Of a DNA stretch of 64,000 nucleotides, positions 1-12,015 are shown piece after piece (the stretch's first letter is position 1; each line of letters begins with the position of its first letter). The notes beneath the pieces are model-generated. The model had not been told where the DNA came from. It was given only the letters and a program-made list of their open reading frames with translations, and did no database searches. Made by a program: the position numbers and the translations under genes. Source of the DNA: Eledone cirrhosa (lineage: Eukaryota); NCBI GenBank assembly GCA_964016885.1, contig OZ024741.1:348750001-348814000 (forward strand). Reading direction: 5' to 3'.

Positions 1-757
1 GCAGTACTACAACGAAGCGTTAGGTAGAGCTGGATATAGAAATAAAATTAAATACATTGATAATAATAATTGTTTCTACTTTAGGCACAAGGCCAGCAAT
101 TAGCCAGTACATCACTGGTACTTTATTTTATCGACTATCGACCCCGCAAGGTTGAAAGGCAAAGTCAACCTCGGCGGGACCTGAACTCAGATCGCAAAGG
201 GACGCAACTATGCTGGAAAGCATGGCGTCCGACCCTCTACCTATACTGCCAATCCACCGCCCTTTGATAATAATAATAATAAGCAAACTAACCAAAATAC
301 CAATAATAACCCAAGCAATATTCAATTGAATAACTGTAACTGTAGAAATAAATCTAACTGTCCGTTAAATAACAACTGCTTAGCTAAAAATGTAGTGTAC
401 AATTGTAATGTTAAAACTAATTTAAATTCATTTAACTATGTTGGTTCTACAGAATTTAAATTTCGCTTCAATAATCATAAAAATTCTTTCACAGATCCAA
501 ACAAAAAATCTTCAACTTCGCTATCTAGCCTACTATGGGACCTAAAACGAGATAATGTTAAATATTCGATGACTTGGAATATTATTTCAAAAGCTACTCC
601 TTTTAATTCCTCTTCAGAAAATTGTGATCTTTGTATTGAAGAAATATTCTTTATATTAAAGTCCAAAAATTCCCTTAATTTAAGGAACAATTTATTCAGT
701 TGCTGCAGACATAGATTGAACTCAACGTTTAAATATAAAAATAAATTTAAAATGTAG
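1..757 (+). mobile_element. Penelope-like element, 3' coding part (end of RT/linker plus GIY-YIG endonuclease), interrupted by a SINE at 71-262
   Basis: Frame 2 from nt 2 reads QYYNEALGRAGYRNKIKYID. ORF 326-757 has CNCR...CPL...C, VY...YVGST (GIY-YIG), RFNNH, TSLS, W.II, CDLCIEE and CRHR, the PLE endonuclease pattern. Confidence 0.88.
71..262 (-). mobile_element. tRNA-derived SINE, full length, with target-site duplication (TSD)
   Basis: Minus strand has an A-box (TGGCAGTATAGG), a B-box-like GAGTTCAGGTCC, the central CTTTGCCTTTCA...GGGGTCGAT...AAAATAAAGTACCAG and an (ATT)n tail. TSD TTGATAATAATAAT at 57-70 and 264-277. Confidence 0.9.
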
Positions 758-969
758 TATAATTAATTAAGTAATTTAGTTAATATATGAAACCTGTCGA
801 TAAATCATTAGATTCCTTCACCTTTTTTCTTTTTAAACTTTCTTCCTAAATATAAACATAGATATAATAAACTTCTCTAAAATGTCTATACTTCCAATGT
901 CTTAAATAAAATATACGTAAGATAAATTTCTATACTAAATATAAGGATATCTGTAGAATCCTTGGGGTT

Positions 970-1085
970 TTTAAATCTTTTAAATTTTTAAATTTGTTAA
1001 ACTATTTTAAATTTTTAAATTTTTAAATTTTTAAATTTTTAAATTTTTAAATTTTTAAATTTTTAAATTTTTAAATTTTTAAATT
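970..1085. repeat. 9-bp tandem repeat (TTTTTAAAT)n in the PLE 3' region
   Basis: Roughly ten consecutive units are visible. Confidence 0.85.
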
Positions 1086-2469
1086 ATATTGATATAATAT
1101 GTATTTAACTTTTATTTTTAATTTTATTTATTTTAGTTTTGTTTTGATTCTGATAGCTTCTCATAATTTTCATAAGTCTACCCTTTCAATATCTTGATTG
1201 AAATATACGTAGGATAAATTTCTATACTAAATATATGAAACATATTATTTTAACTTAAGATACTCTATAGTATTTTAAACATATTTAATGCTTTGATATT
1301 TGTAGAATTCGTTTGTCCTTTTGACTCTACTGATATAATTGTATTTCCAAAATATAATCCTTTGGTATTTTAAATTTATATTGTTATAATTATATTTCCA
1401 AAGTATAATCCTTAGTAATATATTGATATTTGATTATCTCTATACAAATGTGTATGTGTGTATTAACATGCATATAAAAGGTTTTTTATGATTGTATATA
1501 TGTCTGTATGTATACATGAGCGATGCGGGAAGACGCACGCAAATATTTATTTATAAATATATGTGTGTATATATATATATGTATATCTATGTGTGTGGGT
1601 AAGAGATATGTTGCCTAACCACGCAGTTTTGATTGCAGATATGCATAATTTTAACAGAATGTTAAATGCATGAATGGTAATCGTATATATGAAGACATGA
1701 ATGTTGATCGTATATATTTACGTATATATTCTGTGAACTTTTTAATAACACAAGGAATGTATAGCAGTGATTAAGAGAAATCGTCTGCGTTTTTGTATGT
1801 CTATATTGTTGACTTGAGTAAATATATTTTCAGGATGTGCGTATATATATATATATATATATTTGTGTGTCTTTGCCTAAGATACTGATTTCTCTAGCAT
1901 TTTGGTTGATTAAACCCAAATTTTGGTATATAGATCTCAAGTTTTAAACTAAACATGTAGTCATTATTGAACAATGTTTGATTTCTCAGATTATATATTT
2001 ATGTCCCATTCATGAATATTAATATTTATATGTTTATTATTCATTTCATATAAATTGTTAACTCAACTTAATATGACATGACGGAAAGTTTTCATTTTCT
2101 CCCCCTCTCTCTATATAATATTTCTCTCTCTTGAGTTTTTCTATCTGTCTGATGACTTAATATCTCTCTGTTGCTTTCCTCTGTTTTTCTTATTTCTTAT
2201 TTCTTCCTTTTTTCTTTCTTTCCTCCTGTCTTTATTTATCTCTTTCTTTCCTTTTTCCCCATGCATCTCTCTCTCTCTCTCCGATACGTCTCCACGTTTT
2301 TTCTTTCTCTCTCTCCGTCTTTTTCTTTCTCTCCGTCTTTTTCTAATTGTCCTTAACACTATGACTTATTAAAATAATATAAACAACTCACTATCCGGAT
2401 GGCTTCCGAAAATAATGGTTGCATTTTAATAGGGTACGTCAAAGCTTATTTGTAAAACTGTTATATATT

Positions 2470-2536
2470 GTATTTTGTCTGATGAAGGCATACCATAATT
2501 TAATTTGGTATCCCTGAAATATGTATAATGAAATAA
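2470..2536 (+). ncRNA. Minimal type-I hammerhead ribozyme at the PLE 3' end (pLTR)
   Basis: CTGATGA at 2479-2485; stem II AGGCATACCA/TGGTATCCCT; GAAA at 2516-2519; short palindromic stem III (TATGTA) then TA. Same family as the copies at 30.3-30.6 kb. Confidence 0.7.
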
Positions 2537-2574
2537 ATATGGTTTTATAAATATAGTTTCCATTTATTAATATC

Positions 2575-2614
<40 letters not shown>

Positions 2615-2621
2615 ATATATG

Positions 2622-2735
2622 AGTGGTTACACAACAGTTAGTTCAGCATACCGAGAACAATTGTTTCACCTTAGCGGATCCTCTAAGGTGAAACAATTGT
2701 TCTCGGTATGGTGAACTAACTGTTGTTTAACCACT
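2622..2735. repeat. 114-bp near-perfect palindrome, axis at GGATCC (2678/2679)
   Basis: The arms are reverse complements with about 3 mismatches. Confidence 0.95.
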
Positions 2736-3454
2736 TCTACCTAACTCATCCCATGGACTGAGTGCTCTACCACTACGGATATTACCTTCCAGTGTTCTAC
2801 CACTATATATATCGTATGTTATTACTCTTATTGAGTGCTTTGCTAGCTCATTCCTATTATAGGTCGACTTTGCTAACTCATTCCTATTGTAGGCCACAGC
2901 CAAAGCTTCGATTTTACTAAGCTCCAATTTGTATTATTTTCTCCTAGATTTAATAATTAACTAATTAATTTAATTAGACAATTCTGTTGATTGGTTAATT
3001 ATTTGTGTTTGTTTAATAACATCTGGTTGAGAGCTTTTATTCGGAATGTTTGAGCGGTAATTATAATATTTCCATTGTTAACACTTTGAATTTACCCACC
3101 AAAAGCCGGGGGTTGATTCCCTTGTTGGAAATAACACGTGACAACGAAGTGTTTGAAGGCTGCCTTCTGTAGCGGTTGCATTTAGTTTGTTCACACAAGT
3201 TTGAGGCAGAACGGAATCCCTGTTGATGAAATGAATCCTCTGTTCGATCATGGAATACCACAAGCTTGCGTGTTACGTAAGTTGGATAAATGATTTAGGA
3301 TTTCATGGAAACACCTCAGACGTATATCGTTTGATTTTTCGAGGTCTGTATTTTAACCTGTTAGTTCTTTCGTTACTTTGGTATTGTATGGTTGAGTTTT
3401 GCCTACTGCAATGTTCAATTTGTCAAGCTATTTAAACGTATGTTATTACTCTAA

Positions 3455-3533
3455 TCGACCCTTACGGGGACGATAAAATAAAGTACCAGTAAGACACTAG
3501 TTAATTGTTGGCCTTGTGCCAAATGTAGAAACA
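3455..3533 (+). mobile_element. 5'-truncated copy of the tRNA-SINE with TSD
   Basis: SINE 3' half, flanked by GTTATTACTCTAA at 3442-3454 and 3534-3546. Confidence 0.8.
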
Positions 3534-3989
3534 GTTATTACTCTAAAGACCTACCCTTATTGAGTGCTTTGCTAACTCATCCCTATTGTAGGTCGACTTT
3601 GCTTGGCCACAGCCAAAGCTTCGATTTTACTAAGCTTCCACTTGTATATATATATATATATATATAGTGTATATTACCTTCTCTATAAATGAAAGATAGT
3701 TGTAAAGATTTCTCTCTTAGCGCCTGACTGGCTTGGCACCCACAGGTCAAACTGTCCTCTTACTCCCTCCCCTTTATTCTTCGGGCCAGTTCAGCCCCCC
3801 CCCCCCCGCTATGCAGGAATTTAACTATGTACCTGACATCTCAGATCATTGACCAGTCCCCACAACAGACAAGAGAAACAACACATTTTTAGGATTATAT
3901 GCTTTGATATTTCTGCTCTTTTTGTTTTGACTGCATGCCCATATATGGACTGTACCCCTTAATAAGTTCAGCTAGATTCCCGCCGTTCT

Positions 3990-4065
3990 AATACTGCTGA
4001 CTTAGTTCAGATCTTGCTGTCGAAACGGCCGGAGCTCAGCCGTCGGTGTCCTGATTCTTTTCCTA
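3990..4065 (+). ncRNA. Degenerate hammerhead remnant
   Basis: CTGA at 3997, then GTC-GAAA-CGGC...GCCG-TC (stem III plus GUC site). Homologous to the palindrome arms at 60539-60648. Confidence 0.5.
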
Positions 4066-4849
4066 TATATATATGTATATATACATATATACGCGCATAT
4101 AAATAGCCATATATATCCATTAACAGAGCATAAAGAAGCTTTGCCTGTGTCTATATTTAGCCTATTGTCTACATCTGTTTCATTCTGTGACACTATACCT
4201 CTATCATGTGTCTATCAATCTAACTCTGTGTTTATTATTCTAAATTTTGGTAAAATGTTATCTAACTTATTATCAACGTAAATTTGGAAGTTATGGTTGA
4301 AAACAAGTAATGTTTACCCTATTAACAAATACAGATCGAAGGTTATTACAGCATATCTTTAGAAATTTCATGAAACAAAATTTCTCTTTCCGAACGCTAT
4401 TAGGGGAAAAAATCAATTGACAATGTATGTAGGGTTGTGGAAGCAGAGTGTTTTAATACAAGTTTTAGATTCCGATCTATTCATATATCTTTTTTTACGT
4501 TATCAATATACATCTGTCTATGTATAACTGTCTGTTTGTTCTCTTTCTAATTATCACTTTATATGTATGTATATCTCCTCCTCTCTCTCTCTGTATGTAT
4601 ATCTATCTGCCTATTTCTCTATCTTATATTTAACTATCTTGTCTCACTACCATCTCACACTTTTCTATCTCCCTCTCCCTTACACTCTATATTCTATCTG
4701 AAATGTATATATACATACATACATACATAAAAACAAACATACATAAAGACAGACGCCTGATGGCTGCACCTCGATTTTAAGAATTTCACCACCAGATACC
4801 CCCCTCACATATGGGTGGCACGAAAATGACTCTTTCGCCTTGTCAAGAT

Positions 4850-5360
4850 GTACATTCCTTTCTGCATATGCTGAAGGGATAAAGGTTACTTCCATATTGG
4901 TTCTGTTTTGTTTTCGTGAGTTTTAAAATAACGTTTTGTTCTACCGGCTGCGGTACATTGATTTCCACATTTCTGAAAGTAAGGAAGGCCAAAGAGACCA
5001 TAATCAGCAACCTTTTGCTTATGGCTTCTATGATAACTTCTAAAATCATCTAAATCGGACACACTCATTGCACATAAAGTCATTTTGAGCATCTTAATAT
5101 CCAGGTAAATTATTATCATGTAGACCCTTATGCAAATCCCTCTTAAATGTTTCATGCCTCACAAGAATTCTCAAATTAACTACTGTTTTTCTTTAATATC
5201 TATATGATATCCATAGGCAATCACATATGAGTGATGTTGAGGTGCTAGATCAAAGTCATTTTGATCGTATTTAATCTCACATAATTCAATAGAGATTGCG
5301 CTGAAGCGATCTTGCTGTAAGAATGCCAGATCATCGAATTCCTAAGCAGTTACTCCCCGG
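4850..5360 (+). mobile_element. Highly decayed RTE-clade LINE fragment
   Basis: About 5290-5358 reads RLR*SDLAVRMPDHRIPKQLL, resembling the RTE motif RLRWxGHVxRMxDxRxPKQLL. Confidence 0.5.
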
Positions 5361-6107
5361 GTTTAAAATTTAGTCACTGAAAAGGTCATAGAATATGTGA
5401 CGAAAGACATTTGACAATATATAAACAACCATCCGGTTAGCAAACCAACCAACCAACCGGAAATGTATAATAAACTGAAATGAAAACCAACAGGTGCGTG
5501 TGTTTTTATTGGCAGCATGATCCTCCCAGAATATAACAATATCTGTTTCAACACAAGTTTTCAGATAAAATATCTTGCAAAGCAAATTCACATACGTTTA
5601 TTATTCGTGGGTCTTTATTGGGACTTATTGTTGAGGTATTTCACGTTCTGATATCTAATTAAGAAATTATACACATAGTTATAATAATTATCCTTTCTTT
5701 TGATATATATAGATTTGTCATTCTTTGTCCACAATCTTTAGAGCTTTTAATGCGTAATATTCTTTTGTGTCTATTTATTTTCATAATAAACAGAAATACA
5801 TTAGATCACGTATTTTCCTCACAAAATTGTCAGATTACATAGTGTCCTAAATATAATATCAACTTCACCGTCTTCCTGAACATGGTGCAATCACCAGTTA
5901 GGCTGCCACACTAGACATTTTGATAGTCACTAATCGCATCTGTTTGTTCTCTTTCATATGCAGATGCGTCGTAGTCTTGATACCTGTCTAGATTATGACG
6001 TTGTCACACTTCAGTATTCTTTGTCCAGCTTTTATTTCATTTACTTTCAACTGTGCCTCGTGCATAAATTCATATCAATCAAAGTTTTGGCTTTTCATTA
6101 TTATGAG

Positions 6108-6298
6108 TTGGATTGGAATTATCGGTAGAGGGTTGGACGCCATGCTTTGACGCATTGAGTTATGGCCCTTGCCATTCTGAGTTCAAATCCCGCCGTGGTT
6201 AACTTTGCCTTTCATCCTTACGGGGTCGATAAAATAAATTACCAGTAATACACTGGGGTAATTGCTGGCCTTGTGCCAAAAGTAGAAACAATTATTAT
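6108..6298 (+). mobile_element. tRNA-derived SINE
   Basis: B-box GAGTTCAAATCC, central domain and GGCCTTGTGCCAAAAGTAGAAACAATTATT tail. Confidence 0.9.
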
Positions 6299-6582
6299 GA
6301 GAAGTGTTTACTTCCAGCATATTTGGTGATTTTCTCTTAGAAGAACCTGTTTGAGATCTGCCTATGGGATGTATAACAGCCTTCTAATGAATTTGTGCTC
6401 AAACGCCACCATTCTTCCCTCCATACCGGCTGCAAGTATTCTATATCTGCTCTCATAAAGAAGAATTGAAGATCACAGGAACCTGTTTAGTGTTTGATTT
6501 TCATGGGAAATTTGAGGGAATATGTGGAACTTCTGCTTCGCTCTCCTACCATTGTATCCATATCGTCGATTTTACAACCAGC

Positions 6583-6799
<217 letters not shown>

Positions 6800-7736
6800 C
6801 TCCAACTCACGAACTCCGGACTACTCGCCTACCACCCCCAGCCTTCTTAAAACATTTTTCTTTCCAAACTCCGATGTTTCAACCTTTTCTCTTTCTCTCC
6901 CCGAAATCTCCATTTCATAAAGAAAGACGTATGTCCGAAATGTAAAACCCTCTTCTACTTCTTTCTAAGAATAATAAGTCTGCATCTGTGTGTTGCATCT
7001 GTGCGTTTTTCTTCTCATTTCTTGATCTATATACATATTTTTAAATAAAGTATTTGACTCATAAAACATATAAAAATTTGATTTTGCGAGTACAACCCCC
7101 AAATCTCGGAAGACGACAATGTTTTTTCATTTAATTTTATCTTAACAATAATTAGCTATCTAGGACAGACGCTACAGCTTGAATTCCACCATTATTTTCT
7201 TTACTTGTCTTTGTTTTCTTTCGTCATCCTCTCTGTGCTGTTTGTTTTATCACAAAAGCACCATGGTAGCAGAAATATGTAATTTTCTGCTACACGGCCC
7301 GACATTTTCGGTGGTACGCTCAGTTAAATCATGCGAGACCATTTTGCTGTTTTGCGAGTTGGTGAAGGTGAGAGTGTATGTGTGTGTCTAGAATTCTCTT
7401 TATTTCTTTATTTCCTTCTTCGGGTCAATTCTGTCCACCAGCCCACTTGAACTTGTTTTCCTTTTTCAGGCATTTCTGTATTTCATCTGCCCGTCACCCA
7501 CCTTATCTCTGTTGACCACTGGCTGCTAGTCTCTGTCCTCGAAAGCATGTTTGCCTATCGTTGTCTTTGACAGCATCTAGCTGATTTAACGGTTAGATAG
7601 TGTAGCGATGTATTTTCTCAATTTTATATATATTCAAATACACACTCGGTTCGTCTCGATCAGAGACATCATTTTTGTTTTATTTAAATACACACACACG
7701 CGCGCACACACACGCACACACACATACACACACACG

Positions 7737-7801
<65 letters not shown>

Positions 7802-8329
7802 CATCTGTGTGCCTGCATGTGTGTATGAGTGTTATTGGTGTACTCAAAATTATATTGATATTGTGTTCCTTCAATTAAATTTTCATGCGTAAAGGAAATT
7901 AATTCAAACATTTTGAAATATACTTAAGCATATTGCAAACATTGAATTCTAAATTGTTCACATGTTTTATATCCACCATTAAAAATTCCTATGCCAGCAC
8001 AACAATTACCGCACATTTTATCATTGCTTCAGTTGCTCAATCTAAATCTAGAACTGTAGTGTATTTCTAATACGTCGCCTCTTCATGTCATTTATATGCT
8101 ATTTTCTCTGCTGATTGTCGTATTATTAACACATCTATGAATTTCCTTTATTAACATGAGAAATCATTATTAACAGTACAATTCTAAGTACATTTACAAA
8201 TGCCAGATTCTATACATATACGTTTTTTCTTCTTTTATTCTTAACATAGCTCGAGAATCTAAACTATAAAGTTAATTTGTTTTACGTCCTTTTCAATAAG
8301 CTTGAGTTCGTGCACAAACAAAATGTGAC

Positions 8330-8720
8330 TGAACTCAGCACCTGAAGCCCTCCATTCCACTCTCTCATACGGCCATTAATAATGGAATTACTGCAATAAT
8401 GGAAAAAGTCGGTAAAATAGATTCCCGCTGGAATACTTTCCAGTTATTTGCCATTGGCATATAAATTGCTTCTTCACCTTGGCCTACTTGATAACATCAG
8501 TTAATTCAAATTGTCGGCAATATCAAACATCTTGAGGGCTTCGATAATCCAAATGTGTGCTAGCAAATCATATTCTTTCCGGAAATCAATCGAAGCCATA
8601 CATGTACTCGTCAATCGTCATGTTCAATTTCTCATCAAATATATTTTAATCAATAAAAGATCTGTTGTTCTGCGACTACTTTTCCTGTCGTCTCTTTCAC
8701 ATTCAATTGGATAGAGCTTA
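8330..8720 (-). mobile_element. Decayed R4/Dong-like RT fragment
   Basis: Minus strand reads CMASIDFRKEYDLLAHIWIIEALKMFDIADN (cf. MAWIDYRKAYDSVPHSWI), followed by a degenerate FQGDSLSPLLF-like segment. Confidence 0.6.
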
Positions 8721-9149
8721 TTCTTTAACAGACAAAAGTGTGTGTTTCTAAACAAACACGATGTTAGCAATTTCCAGAGACATTACAGATAAGAAACGAA
8801 TTAATCATTCGCTGTCCATAGTAATAGCGGTAGTGTCGATGATGGTCTTAGTAGTGGACAGAGAGCTGGTACTAGAATTGATCGTTATTTCAGTATTACC
8901 AGTATTAGTTATGGTGTAGGTTTGGCAGATTTGCTAGAGCGTTAGACAAATGACTTTTTTAGATTTGTTCCGAATTTTAACGTTCCGAATTCAAATCACA
9001 CTATAGGCAATTTGCTGTTCATCATACCTAGGTTGATAAAATAAGCTACCAGTATAATACTAGGCTCTTGTGCTGCAATTAATAATCCTTGCATCTCGGA
9101 TTTTAGTCTAGTGTTTTGTAGCAATGTTTTGAGTTTTGCTTATATATTT

Positions 9150-10600
9150 CCTCTCTATTCCGCTTTTGCGGTATTGGCCAGGTGAGGTCTTTCTTGTCAT
9201 CATTTTAACATGGCATTCTGGATATCTGTTTTCAATATAGATTTTATGTTTTTCACAATTTCTGCTGTTGCTTCTTTTTGTTTTCCCCGTAGTTATCTGT
9301 TAATCTGGCTTCTATTTTGAACGGTTTTTTGTTTTGTTCATATTTCGTGGGTATTTCTATTAACTTGCTTTTTTCTTCATGAGATATGTTTATAGTCCTA
9401 CCGTATTTATTTATAAGTTTTCTAGTTACATAATGCCTCATTCTCCTTGCGTTTGTGGCAGGTATAATCCTTTTCATCTGATTTTCGATGGTGTATTCCA
9501 AATGCAGTCACTATTTTGCTTGTTTTTCTGTCTATTCCTTCTGTTGTTTTTAGTGTCCAGTTCAGAATTTTAAACTTGTAGCTCACTATTTGAATCGCAA
9601 GTATATTGATTTCAGTTACCTAATTCTTTGCATTTATGGTATTCCTTTATGGTATTCCTTTATAGTATTCCTTTCTACTCTTTTATTTCATTTGTGTGTG
9701 TTGAACCCTGTCTAGTTCGTTGATTTCATAATACTTGTATGTCTATGTTTGATTAAATTTTCTAATCTCAGTTTCTCTATCGAGCATGACATTAGTGATT
9801 TTCACTAGATTTCCTCTCTTCAGTGTTACCTTGGTGCATAACACTGGTCCGAATTACATGCCTATTTCTTTTGTGTTTCCATATACGGCCTGTACATTGT
9901 TTTCAGTTGTATTTCGTCTACAGCATATACTCATGTGATGGTAAATATTGTACTTGCAGCATTATACCTCAATCCAGGTGTCTTTAGTATCTCAGATGAT
10001 GTTTTGATGGCTAAGAAGAAGAGCAGTGGTGATTGAGTGTCCCTTTTAAATCTCTATCTGTTGGCGGGGGGTCACTTTTTATAGTTCCACCATTCGTGTG
10101 AATCTAAAGAATTGTTTGACACTTACTCATAGCATGCTGTGTTGAATCTTTTTTATTCTTGGTGCTACTTTATTCATGGCTGGTATATCTAGTATTCATG
10201 TTTGTGAAACACTTTCAAACGCCTTCACACCTTTAAGTAGTCGCTCCAAGCCATGCTAAGGGATTCTTCTGCAGTTTTAGGTTATGGACTTATTGATTAA
10301 CAACTAATCATTACAGCCACATGAACCTTTGCAACATCCTTTCTGTTCTTCTGGAAGCAGATTGAATGTTTTTCTTGCCCATGTTTGATAAGTTCCTGCG
10401 ATGTTATTGCACTTAAAGTTTTGTATATAGTACGTAAGCATGTTATGCAACTGAAGTTTTGGAGATTTCCTGTGTCATTATTCTTAACGAACAGAGTGGA
10501 TTTTCCTTTAGTGAGACAATTAGGGGGTTTTTCTGACTTTGTCGGCATCTCATTAAAGTGATCCACAAGTACACCGTGTGTCCTTGTGAAATATTTTACC
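9150..10600 (-). mobile_element. Decayed R4/Dong-like non-LTR RT region
   Basis: Minus strand has ITCLRTIYK, LLPEEQKGCCKGSCGC and degenerate AWxDYxKAF and SPLLF segments, with many stops. Confidence 0.65.
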
Positions 10601-11059
10601 TTTTGCTATGTTTATAATATAATCACTTATAATTCAATTGATTAATTCTATTTTACTTATTTAAATCGGTATTCGTTTTTTGTTTGTTTGTTTTTTCTTC
10701 TTTTCGTTTTGATTTGTTTGTAGACTTTCTACCTTTTGTTCTGGTTATTTTCCAACTTGTTGCATCTTTTCGCACGGGAATCCATGTTAACAAAGTCATT
10801 CGTAAGATAGGGATAATCCATACAGAAAATATATTCATGGTAGTGGACGTTGATTTTTGCCTAACATATTCTTCTTCGTGTTGTGGCTATATTTACTCTA
10901 GTTTCATCCATGGCGTCAGAAATAATTCATCAAATTGTTGTTTTCGTTGTTATTATTATTTTAAACTTCCTTTGGATTCTGCTTCTTTCCCAAAACATGT
11001 CAAGTGCCAACGTGACATCTGAGGCAAAATTTGATAATACAGACATTGTACAATCAATT

Positions 11060-11380
11060 GGCATACAAATGATGCCACGAGAGCAGAAACAACAGTATTG
11101 ATAATGCCCTTTAATAATAATGCCCGATGGCTTTCCAGCTATCTGGGCCAAATGTCTTTCACTTTTCTTTTATATTATTCCAAGTGCACCGACTATATCT
11201 GGTAATGAACCAACCTTAAGATGCCACATTTTCTCAATTTCATTTGATAGATCTTTATAAATATTAAGCTTTCCAAACTCTTTCGATGAGATGTTAAGAT
11301 CTGATGGAATACTCATGTCAATTAAGAAACATGTCCTCTATTTATGGTCATTCATAATTCTATCAAATCTGTTGGCATTG
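11060..11380 (-). mobile_element. R4/Dong-like restriction-like endonuclease (RLE) C-terminus fragment
   Basis: Minus strand reads TCFLIDMSIPSDLNISSKEFGKLNIYKDLSNEIEKMWHLKVGSLPDIVGALGII. Confidence 0.75.
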
Positions 11381-11389
11381 TTGAAAGGT

Positions 11390-11658
11390 GGGTGAGACAA
11401 GCGAGTGCACTATCTGTACCGGTCAAGATTATCATGGCTTTTTGTGGGCTTTCTCCACGAGTGACCGTCAGAGGCATCACCACTTTAGGGGAATTTGATA
11501 AAATTGATTAAATGTTTATTTTTTAATGTTTGTTACAAACCTTTTTTTTTTTAAACAAAACACCCCAACTGTACCGTCCAATGTCGTCTTTATTGTCCAC
11601 TTACTGAAAGCACTGTTTGCCTATTAAAGAAACAATTTTTCTTGTTATTATTATGATT
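11390..11658 (+). mobile_element. 3' UTR fragment related to the Tx1-like LINE
   Basis: GGGCTTTCTCCAC...GGGGAAT resembles 28224-28272, and the fragment ends in an ATT-rich tail. Confidence 0.5.
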
Positions 11659-11660
11659 AA

Positions 11661-12015
11661 TGAGTTCAAATCCCGCCGAGGTTAAATAAAGTACCAGTCA
11701 CGAACTGATGTCAATTTAATTGACTTTCCCCTCCCCCAAATATTGCTGGCCTTGTAAGACACCAGTGCCAAAAGTAGAAACAATTATTATCATTAGTGTA
11801 TTGGCATTATCAGAAGAGAGTCGGACACGATGCTTTGAAGCATAGAGTTACGCCCCTGTACGTTCTGAGTTCAGATCCCGCCGAGGTTAACTTTGCCTTT
11901 CATACTTTCATGCTCGATAACGTAAAGCACTAGTAATGCACTGGAGTCGATTTAATCGAATTCCCCTGTCCTACAAATTACTGGCCATGTGCCTATAGTA
12001 GAAATCTTTATTATT
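11661..12015 (+). mobile_element. Two tandem tRNA-SINE copies (one partial, one near full length)
   Basis: Two B-boxes and two GGCC(T/A)TGT...AGAAA tails. Confidence 0.8.

Noticed and set aside
2149-2155. Isolated CTGATGA
   Set aside because: No matching stem II and GAAA found downstream.
6905-6950. AAGA-AAGACGTATGTCC-GAAA hammerhead-like remnant (similar weak case at 7508-7552)
   Set aside because: The core box or helices are too degenerate to support a call.
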